64,000 nt of DNA from assembly GCA_026770705.1 (NCBI GenBank), contig JANJGN010000008.1:68820001-68884000 (forward strand), read 5' to 3'. The DNA comes from Isurus oxyrinchus (taxonomy: Eukaryota). Both the position numbers and the translations under genes were made by a program. The notes under the pieces are model-generated. The model saw only the letters and a program-made list of their open reading frames with translations, was not told the origin of the DNA and made no database searches. Below, one piece after another: positions 36,595 through 49,529 of this stretch; the stretch's first letter is position 1, and every line of letters begins with the position of its first letter.

Positions 36595-38372
36595 AGTTAG
36601 GTATTCAGGTAGTGGTGTAGTAATCCAGAGACCAAGAGTAATGATGTAGGGACCCAGGTTCAAATTTGAATTCAATAAAAATCTGGAATTAAAGGTCTAA
36701 TGATGACCATGAAACCATTGTTGATTGTTGTAAAACCCCATCTGGTTCACTAATTTCCTTTAGGGAAGGATAGCTGCTGTCCTTACCTGATCTGGCCCTA
36801 ACCTGATCTGGCCCTTAGCTACATTTGGCCTACATTTGACTCCAAATCTACAGCAATGTGGTTGACTCTTAACTGCCCTCTGAAATGACATAGCAAGCCA
36901 CTCAGTTATATCAAACTGCTAAAAACAAGTCAGTAAGGAATTTGAGTATTGCTGAAAAAGAGACACATCTAAGCTTTTCATCTTGCACTCATCAGGACAC
37001 TTCACAAGAATACCAACATAAGGGGAAAATAATGGGCAGGGTACAGATCGTACCCAACCAGCCCGTGCTTGCAAAACTCAAAACAAGTGTCCAACATCAT
37101 CTCAGTTCCAGGACATCACTGTGGGAGTTCCTCTGGGTAGTGTTCTAGGCCCAACCATTTTCAGCTGCTTCATCAATGATCTTCCTTCCAACATAAGGTC
37201 ACTGATGCTTGCACAATGTTTAGCTCCATTCGCGCCTTCTCAGATACTGAAGCAGTACATGTCCAAATGCAGCAACACCTGGACAATATCCAGGCTTGGG
37301 CTGACAAGTGGCAAGTCACATCCATGCCACACAAGTGCCAGGCAATGACCATCTCCAACAAAAGAGAATCTAACCATCACCCCTTAACATTCAGTGGCAT
37401 TACCATAGTGGAATCCCCTTGGCCCAACCATCTTTAGTTGCTTCATCAATGACCTTCCTTCCATCATAAGGTCAGAAGTGGGGATGTTCGCTGATGATTG
37501 CACGATGTTCAGCACCTTTTGCGACTCCTCAGATACTGAAGCAGTCCATGTCCAAATGCAGCAAGAACTGGACAATATCCAGGCTTGGGCTGACAAGTGA
37601 CAAGTAACATTCACACCATACAAGTGTCAGGCAATGACCACCTCCAACAAAAGAGAATCCAACCACCCTTGATGTTCAATGGCATTACCATCACTGAATC
37701 CCCCATTATCAACATCCTGGGGGTTACCACTGACCAGAAACTGAACTGGACTAGCCATATAAATACTGTGGTTACAAGAGCAGGTCAGAGGCTAGGAATC
37801 GTGCAATGAATAACTCATCTCCTGACTCCCAAAGCCTGTCCACCATTTACAAGGCACAAATCAGGAGTATGTTGGAATACTCCCCACTTGCCTGGATGAG
37901 TGCAGCTCCCACAACACTCAAGAAGCTGGACATCTTCCAGACAAAGCAGATTGCTTGATTGGCACCACATCCACAAACATTCACTCCCTCCACCACCGAC
38001 GCACAGTACTAGCAGTGTGTGCCATCTACAAGATGCACTGCAGGAATTCATCAAGGCTGCTTAGACAGCACCTTCCAAACCCATGAACAATACCATCTAG
38101 AAGAACAAGGGCAGCAGATAGATGGGAACACCAGCACATGGAAGGTCCCCTCCAAGCCATACACTGACTTGGAAATATATCACCATTCCTTCACTGTTGC
38201 TGTGTCAAAATCCTGGAACTCCCTCCCAAAAGCACAGTGGGTCTATCTACACCACATAGACTGCAGCAGTTCAAGAAGGCAGCTCACCACCACCTTCTCA
38301 AGGGCAACTAGGAATGGGCAATAAAATGCTGGCCCAGGGACGCCCACATCCTGTGAATGGATAAAAAAATAA
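36595..38372 (+). mobile_element. Internally deleted CR1-group LINE: tRNA-like head, RT 3' half with a 273-bp tandem duplication, A-rich tail
   Basis: Head at 36605-36930 is homologous to the SINEs at 27.2 and 57.5 kb. RT motifs GVPLGSVLGPTIFSCFINDLP, MFADD and INILGVTTDQKLNWTSHIN. Ends gggcaataaaatgctggcc...aaaaaaataaa. Confidence 0.85.
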
Positions 38373-38375
38373 AGA

Positions 38376-38575
38376 CTGAGGGATAAAGATTGACTAGGAC
38401 AATGGGAGAACTCTACTGCTCTTCTTTGAAACAGTTCTATGAAACCTTTGTCATCCACCTAGGAGACTGGATTGGATATATGTTTAATTTGTGCTTCAAA
38501 TCTAACAGTGGCATTTGTACCCATAACTTTCCTACTGAAGAGATGAGTGCTGCTACCAGAGCCAAACTTGACATC
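38376..38575 (-). mobile_element. Deu-type SINE, 5'/central part (continuation of 36420-36590)
   Basis: gagggataaagattgactaggac...gagaactc...atccacct...gagtgctgctacc aligns with 62440-62680. Confidence 0.55.
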
Positions 38576-39399
38576 TTTGTCAGGAAGTAACAAAAGATGC
38601 CTAGAATACACAGCAGGAACACTCACTAATTATATATTTGTGTTTTCTTACTTCTAAAACAATATATTCAATTATTCCTTATTCCTTGAACCATTGATTC
38701 CTTGCTAAGGTACAATTCCACTCCTTCTGTTATTTCACCCACCTGCCAATAATTGTGGATGAACTGTGGTGATGATAATTATCAGGCTGTTTAATTATGG
38801 AGGATGCACAAAGGCATGGGCCCAGCTTGATTATTTTCTTACCTGCAGTCGATGCATTTCCATCAGAAGCCACTGTATACAAGTTAAACCCAGGACATAG
38901 AACTGATTTTGCCTCGTTCCTAATTCAGGTGTTGAGGCTCATTGTAGGACCCCTTTCTCTGTCCTGGCTAAAATCAGATAATAATGTAGGTCAGGTATTA
39001 AACTGGGACTTCCATTGGTTTGTATGGAGCAGCTATCTGGTTTCCCCTTATGGGAAGTCTCTAATATTACAGCTTACATTTGGTTTTAGCGACAATAATT
39101 CCAAATAGCTCAATAATGTCGTTTTACTTTGGCACTTTCCAGTATTATATTGAATGTGACTAAACAAATCGTAGTCACATGCAACAAGGTCTTACATGCA
39201 GGCCTGTAAAAAAATGTTTTTTTTATACCACTCAATGTTCAAAAACGAATTTTTACCAGCATTGTGATTTTTTTTGTGTGCAGAATTACGGTGCAGTCAG
39301 TGCTGGAGTAGCAGTGACTGGGGTTGACTGTGCGCTTCTTGGGTACGAGTGTTTGGCTATTGTTGCTGGGTTGATAATCGAAAGCCCTGGACTAATGAT

Positions 39400-39580
39400 C
39401 CATTGAATTAATAGGCGTCGTTGGCTAGCAATAAGGAGCGGAACCCCTAGACCGTTTTCTCCTTCCAATTGCAAGAGTGGCGAGGTCAGCTGTGGCACTC
39501 ACCACCAGCTCCGGCTGAGGCAGCAGAGAGCGGGACTTCAAACTGGAATCTTCCTGTTTTGTAAACTCAGCCACTCAGAC
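39400..39580 (-). mobile_element. LF-SINE-like element, decayed
   Basis: The - strand reads ctgagtggctgag...caggaagattccagtttgaagtccc...ctcagccgg...ggggttccgctcc, like the 12.3 kb copy. Confidence 0.4.
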
Positions 39581-40779
39581 ATCAGAAAAGCGAAGGCTTA
39601 ATGTGCATGTTAAACATACCTCAAACTCCCGGGACAGCCTTGGCTGCAAAGAAAAGGGATTAGAGTAAACTGGGGGTGGGGGCTATTTTTCTAACGTAAT
39701 GAACTTGTAAACGGCACAGAGATTAAAGCATTAAAGACTTAATTACGGAAGGATCAATGTTGCAGAGACAGGTATCAATAAAATGTGATATTCCTTGGGA
39801 AGATTTGATTTATGCTGCTAGTTACATATCACCCTGTGTCAGAAAAGCTCAACATACAAATGCCTGGATTCATACACATAATTCTGCTCCCCTAAAAGGT
39901 CACTTTTGAATGTTAAGGGGAGAGTGTGACGGAGCACCTACTTTCCACCAAAATTAAACATGGATACACTAAACATGTAATTCTCCAAAAGACCTACAAT
40001 GCAGTCTAATTGTGAACCATGTTTTAGTGCACCCGGAGTCAGATTGCCAATGCGTATTCAGAGTCATGCAGGAACTTTCACAGTCGACACCACTTTGCAT
40101 GGAAAGTGACACTATAACTGCACCCTAAATTGCTCATCACACACGACAGTTTCAAAAGTTGCAGCTACTTAGATTTTATGTTTGCATCAGCTTTTTTTCA
40201 ATTGATATAATTAGTTTTCTTTAATTAATACTTAGAATGTAATGAGAAAATCAGCCGTTTCCTGGACAACATTAGCACTTTAATGCCGAGTGTTGTTCAT
40301 ATCATACTTTATACGCACTTGCTATGTATATTTTGCAAATATGTGTTAATTATATGTATTATTTAAATGTCTCTGCACGTGTGTGTCCACGGGGTTTGTA
40401 TTTATGTCTCGCTGTATTTATGTATGTATTTGCTGAGTTCTCTGCTCAAGCTTTAGTTGCAGCAGATTATTATATCCAGATTTTATATCATTTTACAAGT
40501 ATCAATACATATTATAGGTTCATTTTAGGTTCTGCAAAACACCAGAAAGGATTTCTTAGAACAGTCTTTCCAAAATTACTGTCAGTGGAACGAGCAAACA
40601 TCCAAGATTCCATCAGATGTGCAAAGCAACATCGTTTCAAAATACCAGATCCAAGCAATTGGTTGGCTTATTGGTTGACTCCGTGAACTGTGGTAATATT
40701 TGACAAATTAATATGCGTAATTATTTACTGAATGTTATGAGACACAGACATTATGTGGCTTCAAATATTCTCCTCTTTT

Positions 40780-41029
40780 TAATTAGTATTCAACGTTTCA
40801 AGTAACTCTTTCGAGTATAAACCCGTTTCTATCTGTTACTATTCAGATGAAGTGACATTGTTTCATAGTTTGCCATTGTGAGATTTGAACTCTTGATACT
40901 CTTTCGAGCACAAACCTATTTCCATCTGTTTCAGATGAAGTTACATTGTTTCGCCATTGTGAGATTTGAATTCTCGATCTTGGGGTTACAAACCCAGTAC
41001 CATAACCACTTGGCTATTTAGGCCAAGCC
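40780..41029 (-). mobile_element. tRNA-derived SINE / tRNA pseudogene (Thr-TGT-like loop) with an internal tandem duplication
   Basis: The - strand reads GCCTAAATAGCCAAGTGGTTATGGTACTGGGTTTGTAACCCCAAGATCGAGAATTCAAATCTCACAATGGC (A box, TTTGTAA loop, B-box-like). The block actctttcgag...gagatttgaa is present twice. Confidence 0.65.
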
Positions 41030-41439
41030 AGTTGAAGTACACAAACGCAGCTAATCAATGACAAAAAAACGAGCCTTCCATTCAGTACCCTGGCGGAGAT
41101 GTAACCGAGGAGTTCAAATAATGAAGAGCCCCAGAGATTTTTAGTTGGATACAGGCAGTTGCCAGTTTATTTTCAAGTTTTCCAGTGATTTTGTTTTGAT
41201 TTTTTATGATTGATCTGCATTATACCTTACTACAGTGTTGCCAGTCTCACCTCGCACTGCATAGACGATTGTTTTGGGACGTGAATCACCACGTCCCCCC
41301 CGCCTCCCCAAGCCCCCTCAACGTCGTGTTAAGAATGACTGATCAACTGGTAAGGACTATCCAATGGCCATATCTGTGTACTCTATTAAAACGGAGGGGA
41401 AAGAGAAGCAGCAGAGGCAAGGAATTGCAAAATTGAGGC

Positions 41440-42330
41440 ATCATGGCAGAAGGCAGTTAGTCCACTCACTGTTCCCCTGATACAGAGTGTACAAGCAGTG
41501 TAGGTCATACCAAGACCATTTTGAGGAACAGTGTGACAAGAGACTGGGGTTCTCCAAGGAAGCCATGAGCCACCTGTGGGACATTTTAACATTTTAGAAG
41601 AAGACCTCAATCCACAATCAACAATCAACTGCCCGCAGAGCATTATCCATACAGATGAAGGTCACAATGTCTTTGGATCTTAATGGCTTTAGCTCCTTCC
41701 ATCAGCCACGTGAGAATCTAGATAAAATCAATCCGGGTTAGGGACTGAAAATGACACGTGATAGTTGCCCACTGCTGAAAGGCACTTGCCTTGATCAACT
41801 TTGATGAGATCCATGTAGAACAGAGAGACATAAGCATTCAACTCTATAGGCTCATTGGCTTTGCTAGAGTTCAGAGGGTGATGAGCTGCACGCTGAAAGT
41901 GGCTCTGTAAATGCCAACACAGAATTCACTGTCATACATCAATAAGAATGTGTCCTAGTCACTGAATGTGCTGATTGCCTTTGCAGTGCAGCAAAGGGTA
42001 GTCCATGTCAATGCACAGCACTCAGTAAGACACCATGAGACAATCATCCTTTGATATTCAGCCACTATACAGCTATTTGGAGAGCAGAGCTGAATTGCTG
42101 GAAGGATCCTGAGGTCAAGGTTACATCTGTTACCATAGCCAATGATACCTTTCAATGTGACCTGTAATGAAACAAAGAAGTGTTGCACTCAAGCCCATGC
42201 AGTGAGCAGCAGGGTGTGGGAGAGGGCCAAGGGTTTTCTGAAAGCCTAAGTTAGATGCCTGGACAAGTCATTTGGTGTCTTACATTGTGCACCATGGAGG
42301 GTCGTAAGAATAATTGTGTCCTTACAGGAA
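41440..42330 (+). mobile_element. PIF/Harbinger DDE transposase relic (pseudogenised)
   Basis: Collinear decayed HARBI1-family motifs: MKVTMSL...SSFHQ (~41655), GFARVQRVMSCT (IDCT-like, ~41857), SLNVL (~41958), GY...MIP, and ERAKGFLK.*.RCLDKS.G.L (~42220-42290). Stops and frameshifts throughout. Confidence 0.7.
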
Positions 42331-44621
42331 GTGCTCAGTTTAGACAGCTCATGAGAAGACCATTGCACCAGAAGGCACTGAGCTACAGGCATAAAAGCTC
42401 CTGATAATGCCTGCTCAGACTTGTAACTTGAAACTACCAGAACAGGTCTGATTACCTCCATTTACAGAACAAAGCTTAGCAACCTTCACTCCCTCACCCT
42501 TGTCAATAAAGATTGTCTAAAACCAACATCTGCCCAAGGACATGACATAAACATCAAGTTTCTTCCCCTCAGTGATTTTCCTCCAAGAATCATCACTGGA
42601 GTAAATGGCTGCCTTGAACAAATGCACCCATTTTTGTCTGACTGTGATTTCCTTGGTTGAATCTCCATGAATGATAAAGCACAAAAATAACTGCACATTC
42701 AACATTACATTGATGGAAAATTACAAACCAGTCTCCAAAGAACAGAATTGAACCTTAGCCCAGAAATGGTCAAAGACAAACAGGCCTCCATCAATAATTC
42801 AGCAAAACAAATGTACATTCAAGCATCAGATAGTTGTGGCAAGGCACAAAACAGCCTCCAGGAAATACTACAAGCAAAGCAAGCGCCCTTTGAAATTGAC
42901 ATACAGCCAAACAGTCTATCAACTGCTTCCTAAAACCATATATCTCTCTGGTGCCTAGAACTGCTGTTCTGTTGCTGTGTTCACCAGTGCCATGAGGACC
43001 AGAAAGAAGAGACGTGATGCGCATTTCCTGGACTGAGGTTGTTCTCAACTCATCACACCTGGCTCTTGGTATGGAGCTGCTACTGGCTGCATCTCTGGAG
43101 GAAGCTCCAAGGCAGCCTGCCAAAATTCAGTGGCATGATATTCTCAGAGGGAAGGCCAGAGCCCTGGCATATGCTGCTTGTATTGAGAAATGGCAGGAGC
43201 AGGCTTCAACTGATGCCTTTGCACTTGGCCTTTGATCTGTGGCTCCAGTTATCAGATGGTATGATGGCAGCCACTAAATCCTGGAAGATCCGAATCATTG
43301 AATTAACCAAGGACTGGAAAGCACATTTAAAGGTGCTTCCCATTATGTGCAGCTTTCAAACTATGCTTCCATGGAAGTGGTGGTGCTAATTGTTTCCTAG
43401 CTTCACCTTTGGGGATCTCCTGAAGACCTTAATGCAACTGCCTTTTGCTGTATTGGTTCTGACATCTCTGTGATGTTGCTGCAAATCAGAGCGGTAGACT
43501 CTGCAGCCACACCTGTGACTAGCCACAAACCAATGGGAGATCATTCCCAAGTACTCACCTCTCACGATGCATCTTTTGAGACATGTAACCATGTGGTCGA
43601 GATCTCAGATCTCTGAAGTCATTGGCCGCCTTACAGTCAACCTCAACGGAGAAGCAGTCACATCCTCCCTAACTTGCCACTCTAATGGGTCCCCCACGCT
43701 TGGTGTTTCGCTTGGTGAGCTTTCCTGGCTCCTGCTAACTAGTTTCCTAAATTGCTAGTCTCTGTGCTGGTGCCTGGAACAGGTGTGATGAATGATATAG
43801 ATATGAAGTCAGGAGGACTTGGCATTCCCAAAGATGGTGAACTCTGGGGGAGAACAGAGGAAAAAGGCTCCTGTGTTTAGTTTCCTCTTCTTTGTCCTCT
43901 TCATCTGGGCCTTGTGGAGGCTCAGGATCTTTTTTCCCAAGCTGATTCCCCTTTTCGTCCTCCCCCTACTTCCTCAATTTCCTCCTGCTGCTTTGTAGGA
44001 TTTGCAAAGTAGGTTTCCTCTAAATTCGATTTATCCCATTTGCCTTAATCTTTAAAAATCTTACAAATGGAGCTCATTCAAAGCTTTCAGAAAATTTAAC
44101 CTTGAGACTACCTGCATTCATAAATTATTTATCTCTTCAAGGAATTTCTGTAGACATTTGAAGCAGCATTTGCTGCTTTTCTAGCCACCCTGTGGCCCCT
44201 GTGTTCTTTAAATGAACAGTAATAGCAAACTAAAAAATACCCCAGGTTATTTTTTGTACTGTAGATGTTAAACTAACTAATCAGTGACTCCCAGCTTCCT
44301 GTTTTACTCCTTTTCTGAATACTAGTATAGCAGATGCTAATCTCTAATCATCAGGTAAAGCTCATTGATTGATAAAATTTCCAGGATTTTTAAGAACATT
44401 GACCACAGTCTCAGAAAATCCTTTTAATTTTCTTGCTGCCTTCTCACCAAGTTACCATCTGCACATTTAACACATTTTTACTGTTTATGGTTGTTGTATT
44501 CCTAAGGATGGTCATTGGATCTATCATTTGTCTCCACTTCATGTAGTAATGTGCAGATAATACTGCTAACATTTCAACTTGATAAATTTTTTAAAGAGCC
44601 CATTACAAGCAGCAAGAGACA

Positions 44622-45398
44622 TTTGCACCACACAAGTGCCAGGCAATGAACGTCTCCAATGAGAGACTATCTAACTATTTCCCCTTGACATTCCATGGCA
44701 TTACTATTGCTGAACCCCACTCCATCAAAATCTTAGGTGTTACCATTGACCAGAAACTTAACCTGACCGGCCATAAAAATATTGTGAATACAAGAGCAGG
44801 TTAGAGGTTGAGAATTCTCTGGAATTTGAATAACTCACTTCCTGACTTTGCAAAGCCTGTCCATCTACAAAGCACCAGTCAGGAGTGTGGCAGAATACTC
44901 TCTACTTTCCTGGAATGTGCGCAACTCCAACAACACTCAAGAAGCTCGACACCACCCAGGACAAAGCAGCCCACTAAAGGGCACCACATCCACCACCTTA
45001 ATTCACCCCCTCCATGCCTGATGCACAGTGGAACAAGTGTGTACCATCTACAAGATGTATTGCAACAACTCCTTAAGTCTCCTTTGACAGCACCTTCCAC
45101 CCTGTGACCTCTATTACCTAGAAGGTCAAGGGCAATAGATACATGGAAACACAACCATCTGAATTTCCCTCCAAGCCACACACTATCCTGACTTGAAATT
45201 ATATCACCGTTCCTTCACTGTCACTGGGTCAAGATCCTGGAACTCCCTCTCTAACAGCACGATGGGTATACCTATACCACATGAACTGCAATGGCTCAAG
45301 AAGGTGTTTCACCATCATCTTCTCAAGGGAATTTAGGGATGGGCAACAAATGCAGACCTTGCCAGTGATGCTCACGTTCCGCGTACAAGTAAGAAAAA
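44622..45398 (+). mobile_element. 5'-truncated CR1-group LINE, same family as 37.1-38.4 kb
   Basis: Runs from cacaagtgccaggcaatga...gaccagaaactta through the tail agggatgggcaacaaatgc. Confidence 0.85.
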
Positions 45399-48300
45399 TC
45401 CCCACATGTTGCAGAAAATAAGTTCAAGTCTCTAATGATTCTTTCCCACTTTCTGTTACTTTCCTGTTTCCAGTACTCATTTGAATTGTCCTTTTGTACC
45501 ATTAGTCATATCAGCTTCCTTGTATCTTAAAACATTTCGGCTTTGAGGGGAAGATTTGCTCTGTGCATGATGTTTAACAAATTGTGAACCACATTTACAA
45601 AGAAAATGTATATTGTTACACACAGAATACGCAGAAATCACCCTGTCCGGTGTTATTTTTGAGCTCCCTATTCAATTCTTGAGAAATTGGTCTTGCTTGA
45701 TTGTTCTATTTTCTCATAGAGATATCACTTTTTTCCTCATGTCCCATAAGTGGACTTTATTTTTCTTGTTTTTTTTGCATTCTTCTGGGATATTGAAACC
45801 CCTATGATTATTGATTGTGATTTCCTATTGATCTCATTCAGTTGCCTAAACAGCTCTCTGCCTGACGGTTAATAGTAGTTGTTAATTATTGCTTTGTTGC
45901 CTGCATTTTTACTAATTTACATTCATATAGCTTCTACTATTTCCTCTTACCTTATGTATATGCCTATGATAGTAGCTCCCTCAGCTCTTATCACTAATGC
46001 CACAGATTAAGACTACTGTGTATTCATTCCAATATTTATTCCATGTGTGTCCCTGCGTATGTAAATATACCACATCAACAGTTAAATGTAATGCAAGGCT
46101 TTTATCAAATAGTGTTTATTTGACACTTAAATCCTACCTGTGATGGATGATTAAAATGTATTTATTGCAAAGTGGAACAAGGATATAACACATTGATGCG
46201 CATAAAACTGAAGGATTTAGGTTTGTGTACAAGATTTTCCATACAATCTCAACAGAATTGAATTTGTAAAATTCTGAATGGAAGCATTTCTCAAGGTGGA
46301 GAAGAGGGAGGTAATTCATCTTCCACTATTTTTGTAATCTATTTACCAGCTGACTTGAAAGTGACATGGACAGAGGCCTTCACCTTCCTGGCTGAAGCAT
46401 TTAAAAGGAACTAAATTTAAAAAGTAAAAAATTGGAATGAAATCTAAAATTAATATGTATTTAAAATATTGCAACCATTATGATGCAGAGCTTATAACTT
46501 GACTGTAAATGTAACAAATGTGTTTTTTTAGTGTACTGACCCAAGGTGAGAATTCAGTCGGATCAGCAGTGGTCACGGCTCTAGGGATGTATGCTTTGAT
46601 TGGAATTTGAATGTTTGAATGTCCTGATGCTGATATAATTGATGGAGAATTGGGAATCTGTTGGCCTGGCTCCCATCTTGACACCCAAATGTTCAGCCTG
46701 GGTGGATTCACGATAGTAAATCAGATTTAATGGGGATATTTCTTTTCAGATGTGTATAAGTGAGCACCTCTCAGTGGTTGTCCTTTTATATAGAATCACC
46801 TTCTTTTCCAAAATAGACTTTCACAGGTTTCTGTATTTAATCTCCCTCTGCACAATGATTTAGAAAGTGTCACCATATATTTATTTTCAAAGCCATGTCA
46901 CCTTTATATTTGTCCTGATAATACATGGTCAATTCTGCTTAACAAGTACATTGTTAGGATGAATCTCTGTCTATACTGGAGATTTAAAATGAACCAAATT
47001 GCCTGTGAATAATTTTATGCAAGTGCTGTTTAAATATAAAGCACAAATTATCCCTGTACATTACTGACATTAAAATTTGAGTTTTGTGTGAAGATGATGA
47101 TTTGCAGCATCAGAGAGTAGTGGAAACCAGGACCAAAGTTGTGAGTTGGGGAGGAGAAAGAAGTGTGGAGCTTGGGCTGAAGTAGGAATTCATGAATGGA
47201 ACACCAAGAGTTGGGGCTGCAGTCAGGAGTCACAGAGTCATTGTTGCATATTGTCGGGAGAGTGTTACAGAGGATGCTCAGTGAATCCCTTCCAAGTTCA
47301 CATTAGATTTGGAGAGTTGGTAATTCAACCTCACTCCTTGGGTTTCAAATCAGTTTGAAGTCTCTTCACATCACTGCATGTGCTGCTGTCATGATCTTCA
47401 GAGTGCATATGTACATGCCAATTTGAAAACCTTTGCAAATGTGAAGCATTTCATATATTCTATCAGGATCTACCAACTGGAAACTTAATTTAAAAGCATA
47501 AAACCATCTCACTTACTTTGCTGACAGAATATTCTTGTTTCACTGTGCACTTTCAACCTGAACTGTGGTCTACACTACAGCCTGGGATCTGCAGTTCAGG
47601 TGTGAAACCGTTAGCTGCTCCATGTAATTGCTGGTGTTAATCTCTGTTTGCACACCAACTTCACCTTCACATCAAAGCAAATAGCATTTAAAAATTGGTG
47701 TGTAAATAAACAGAAACATGTGACTTGACTATCATAGCACTGAAGAAAGAAAACATTAAAAATTCTCAATTACCTGGCATGCACAAGTATGAGAGCTCCA
47801 CATCATTTTGTCATCAGAAATATTCTAACTCAGTTAGTAAGCAAGGTAAAATGTTATCCTCAGAGTAATGTTGACTAAGAGAGATTCCATGTAGTGTCTG
47901 TGTACTTTCATAGTCTGTTGCCTATTTTCTGCATGACTTATTGAGCAAGAAGGTACAGTCAACCACAGATTTTACAAACTTAGACTGAGTTATTTGAAAT
48001 ATAATAAATATTTACTGTAGTAAATAGAGAGTTGACTATACATTGACCAGTTAAATGTTATGGCTTCCTGCCCACTCTGAACAGGATTGTTGCAACTTAT
48101 TCACATCAGTCCCTGAGAAGCCTTCAGATAGAAATGGTTTGCATCCCACTAGTCTGGGCTACATTCAAACCCATATCCATGTTGTGCAAGGATAAGAATG
48201 ATATTTTGCAGCTGTTTGCGTACAGTTAGATTTTCAGAAGTAATGACATCAACATTCCTCATTTCCTAGATACTCCAGACAATGGCAACCTTGATGTGTC

Positions 48301-49529
48301 ACTGCTCATTTGGGTTCTGTGTGAAACAGCTTTCTTACACAGTTTTATTCCAATCTTCAGAAATAACTCCTCTTCATCGTTTATCTCCCTTTCCATTTCA
48401 ATGGATTAGCAAGCCTCCAATGCTGTTATTTCTTTACCCTAACCCGACACTTGCTTCTGTGAATATTGGAGTGGGGACATGAGGGCAACTTCAGGTTGTT
48501 GCAAAAACATTTTATTGGGAGCTAATCCAACTGAGTCTAGTCTAGGTTCTGCAAAAATATTGGAATTAATGTTTCAAACTTGAATATAATTTTAAAAAAT
48601 CACTGACTTCTCTCTTTCTTGCTCCCCCTTTCTCAGTTTCTCTTTTGGTGAGTTAAGTCACTCACCATCATTAGTGCTGTTCCAGGTGGTGGGCTCCTCT
48701 CCAAAGCAGTCAATGTGATGATAAAGTTGTCTGAAAGAGTTATAATGCTATTAATGGTTTTTTTTTGCTTTTAATAGCATTTCCTGTCAACCAGAAGCTT
48801 TCTTTATTAATAGCCATTATCTACTTAGACAATAATAAAAGGAGAGATGCATAAATATCTCAGATTCTACAAACTATGGTCTGTTTTGGAAAGAGATAAT
48901 ATTGACTATGAAAACAGACAGACATGCTAAACTTTAGAATGGCAACTCTTGACTTTGTTACTGGCAAACGATTACTGCTAATATCTATATATTATTGGTT
49001 TAAAATATGATTTTCCTGTTATCTGTGACTCATTTGACAGCATAACTCTTGTGTAAAACATTAAGTGGTTCTCAGGCTGAGGAAGCAAGTGATTTGATAT
49101 ATGTTTGGCATTGAGTGTTCAGTTACTCAGAATCCTTCTTTCATTTAGCCTTAATATAGTTTCTATTGCATGAAGCCCACTGCCTTTCTGGCAGGTATGA
49201 AACATAGTTTCTTGTGTGAATAAAAACAGGAACTGGAGACTGTTGATGTCTTTTAACTAAAGAGAATAGAAGATGACCTAACATATTGGTTCAGACAACC
49301 GACTATCAGACTGGTGCCTGTCATCTAGTATTTGATGTGCAGAAACATTTTCTAATTAAATATTGGGCATACCAAAGTCATTGGCCTGAATTTTCCAGTC
49401 TCCCCTCCCTGCAGCAGGTTCCCCTGCGAAGGGGCCGGAGGGCCATTGACATCTCTGTTCACATTGGCAGGACTGGAGGATCCCATTGTCTTCAGTCCCT
49501 GCCAAAGATACCAAAATACTCTAATCACT

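Noticed and set aside
40950-41029. Functional tRNA-Thr gene
   Set aside because: Anticodon and acceptor stems pair poorly and it continues into a duplicated SINE-like body.
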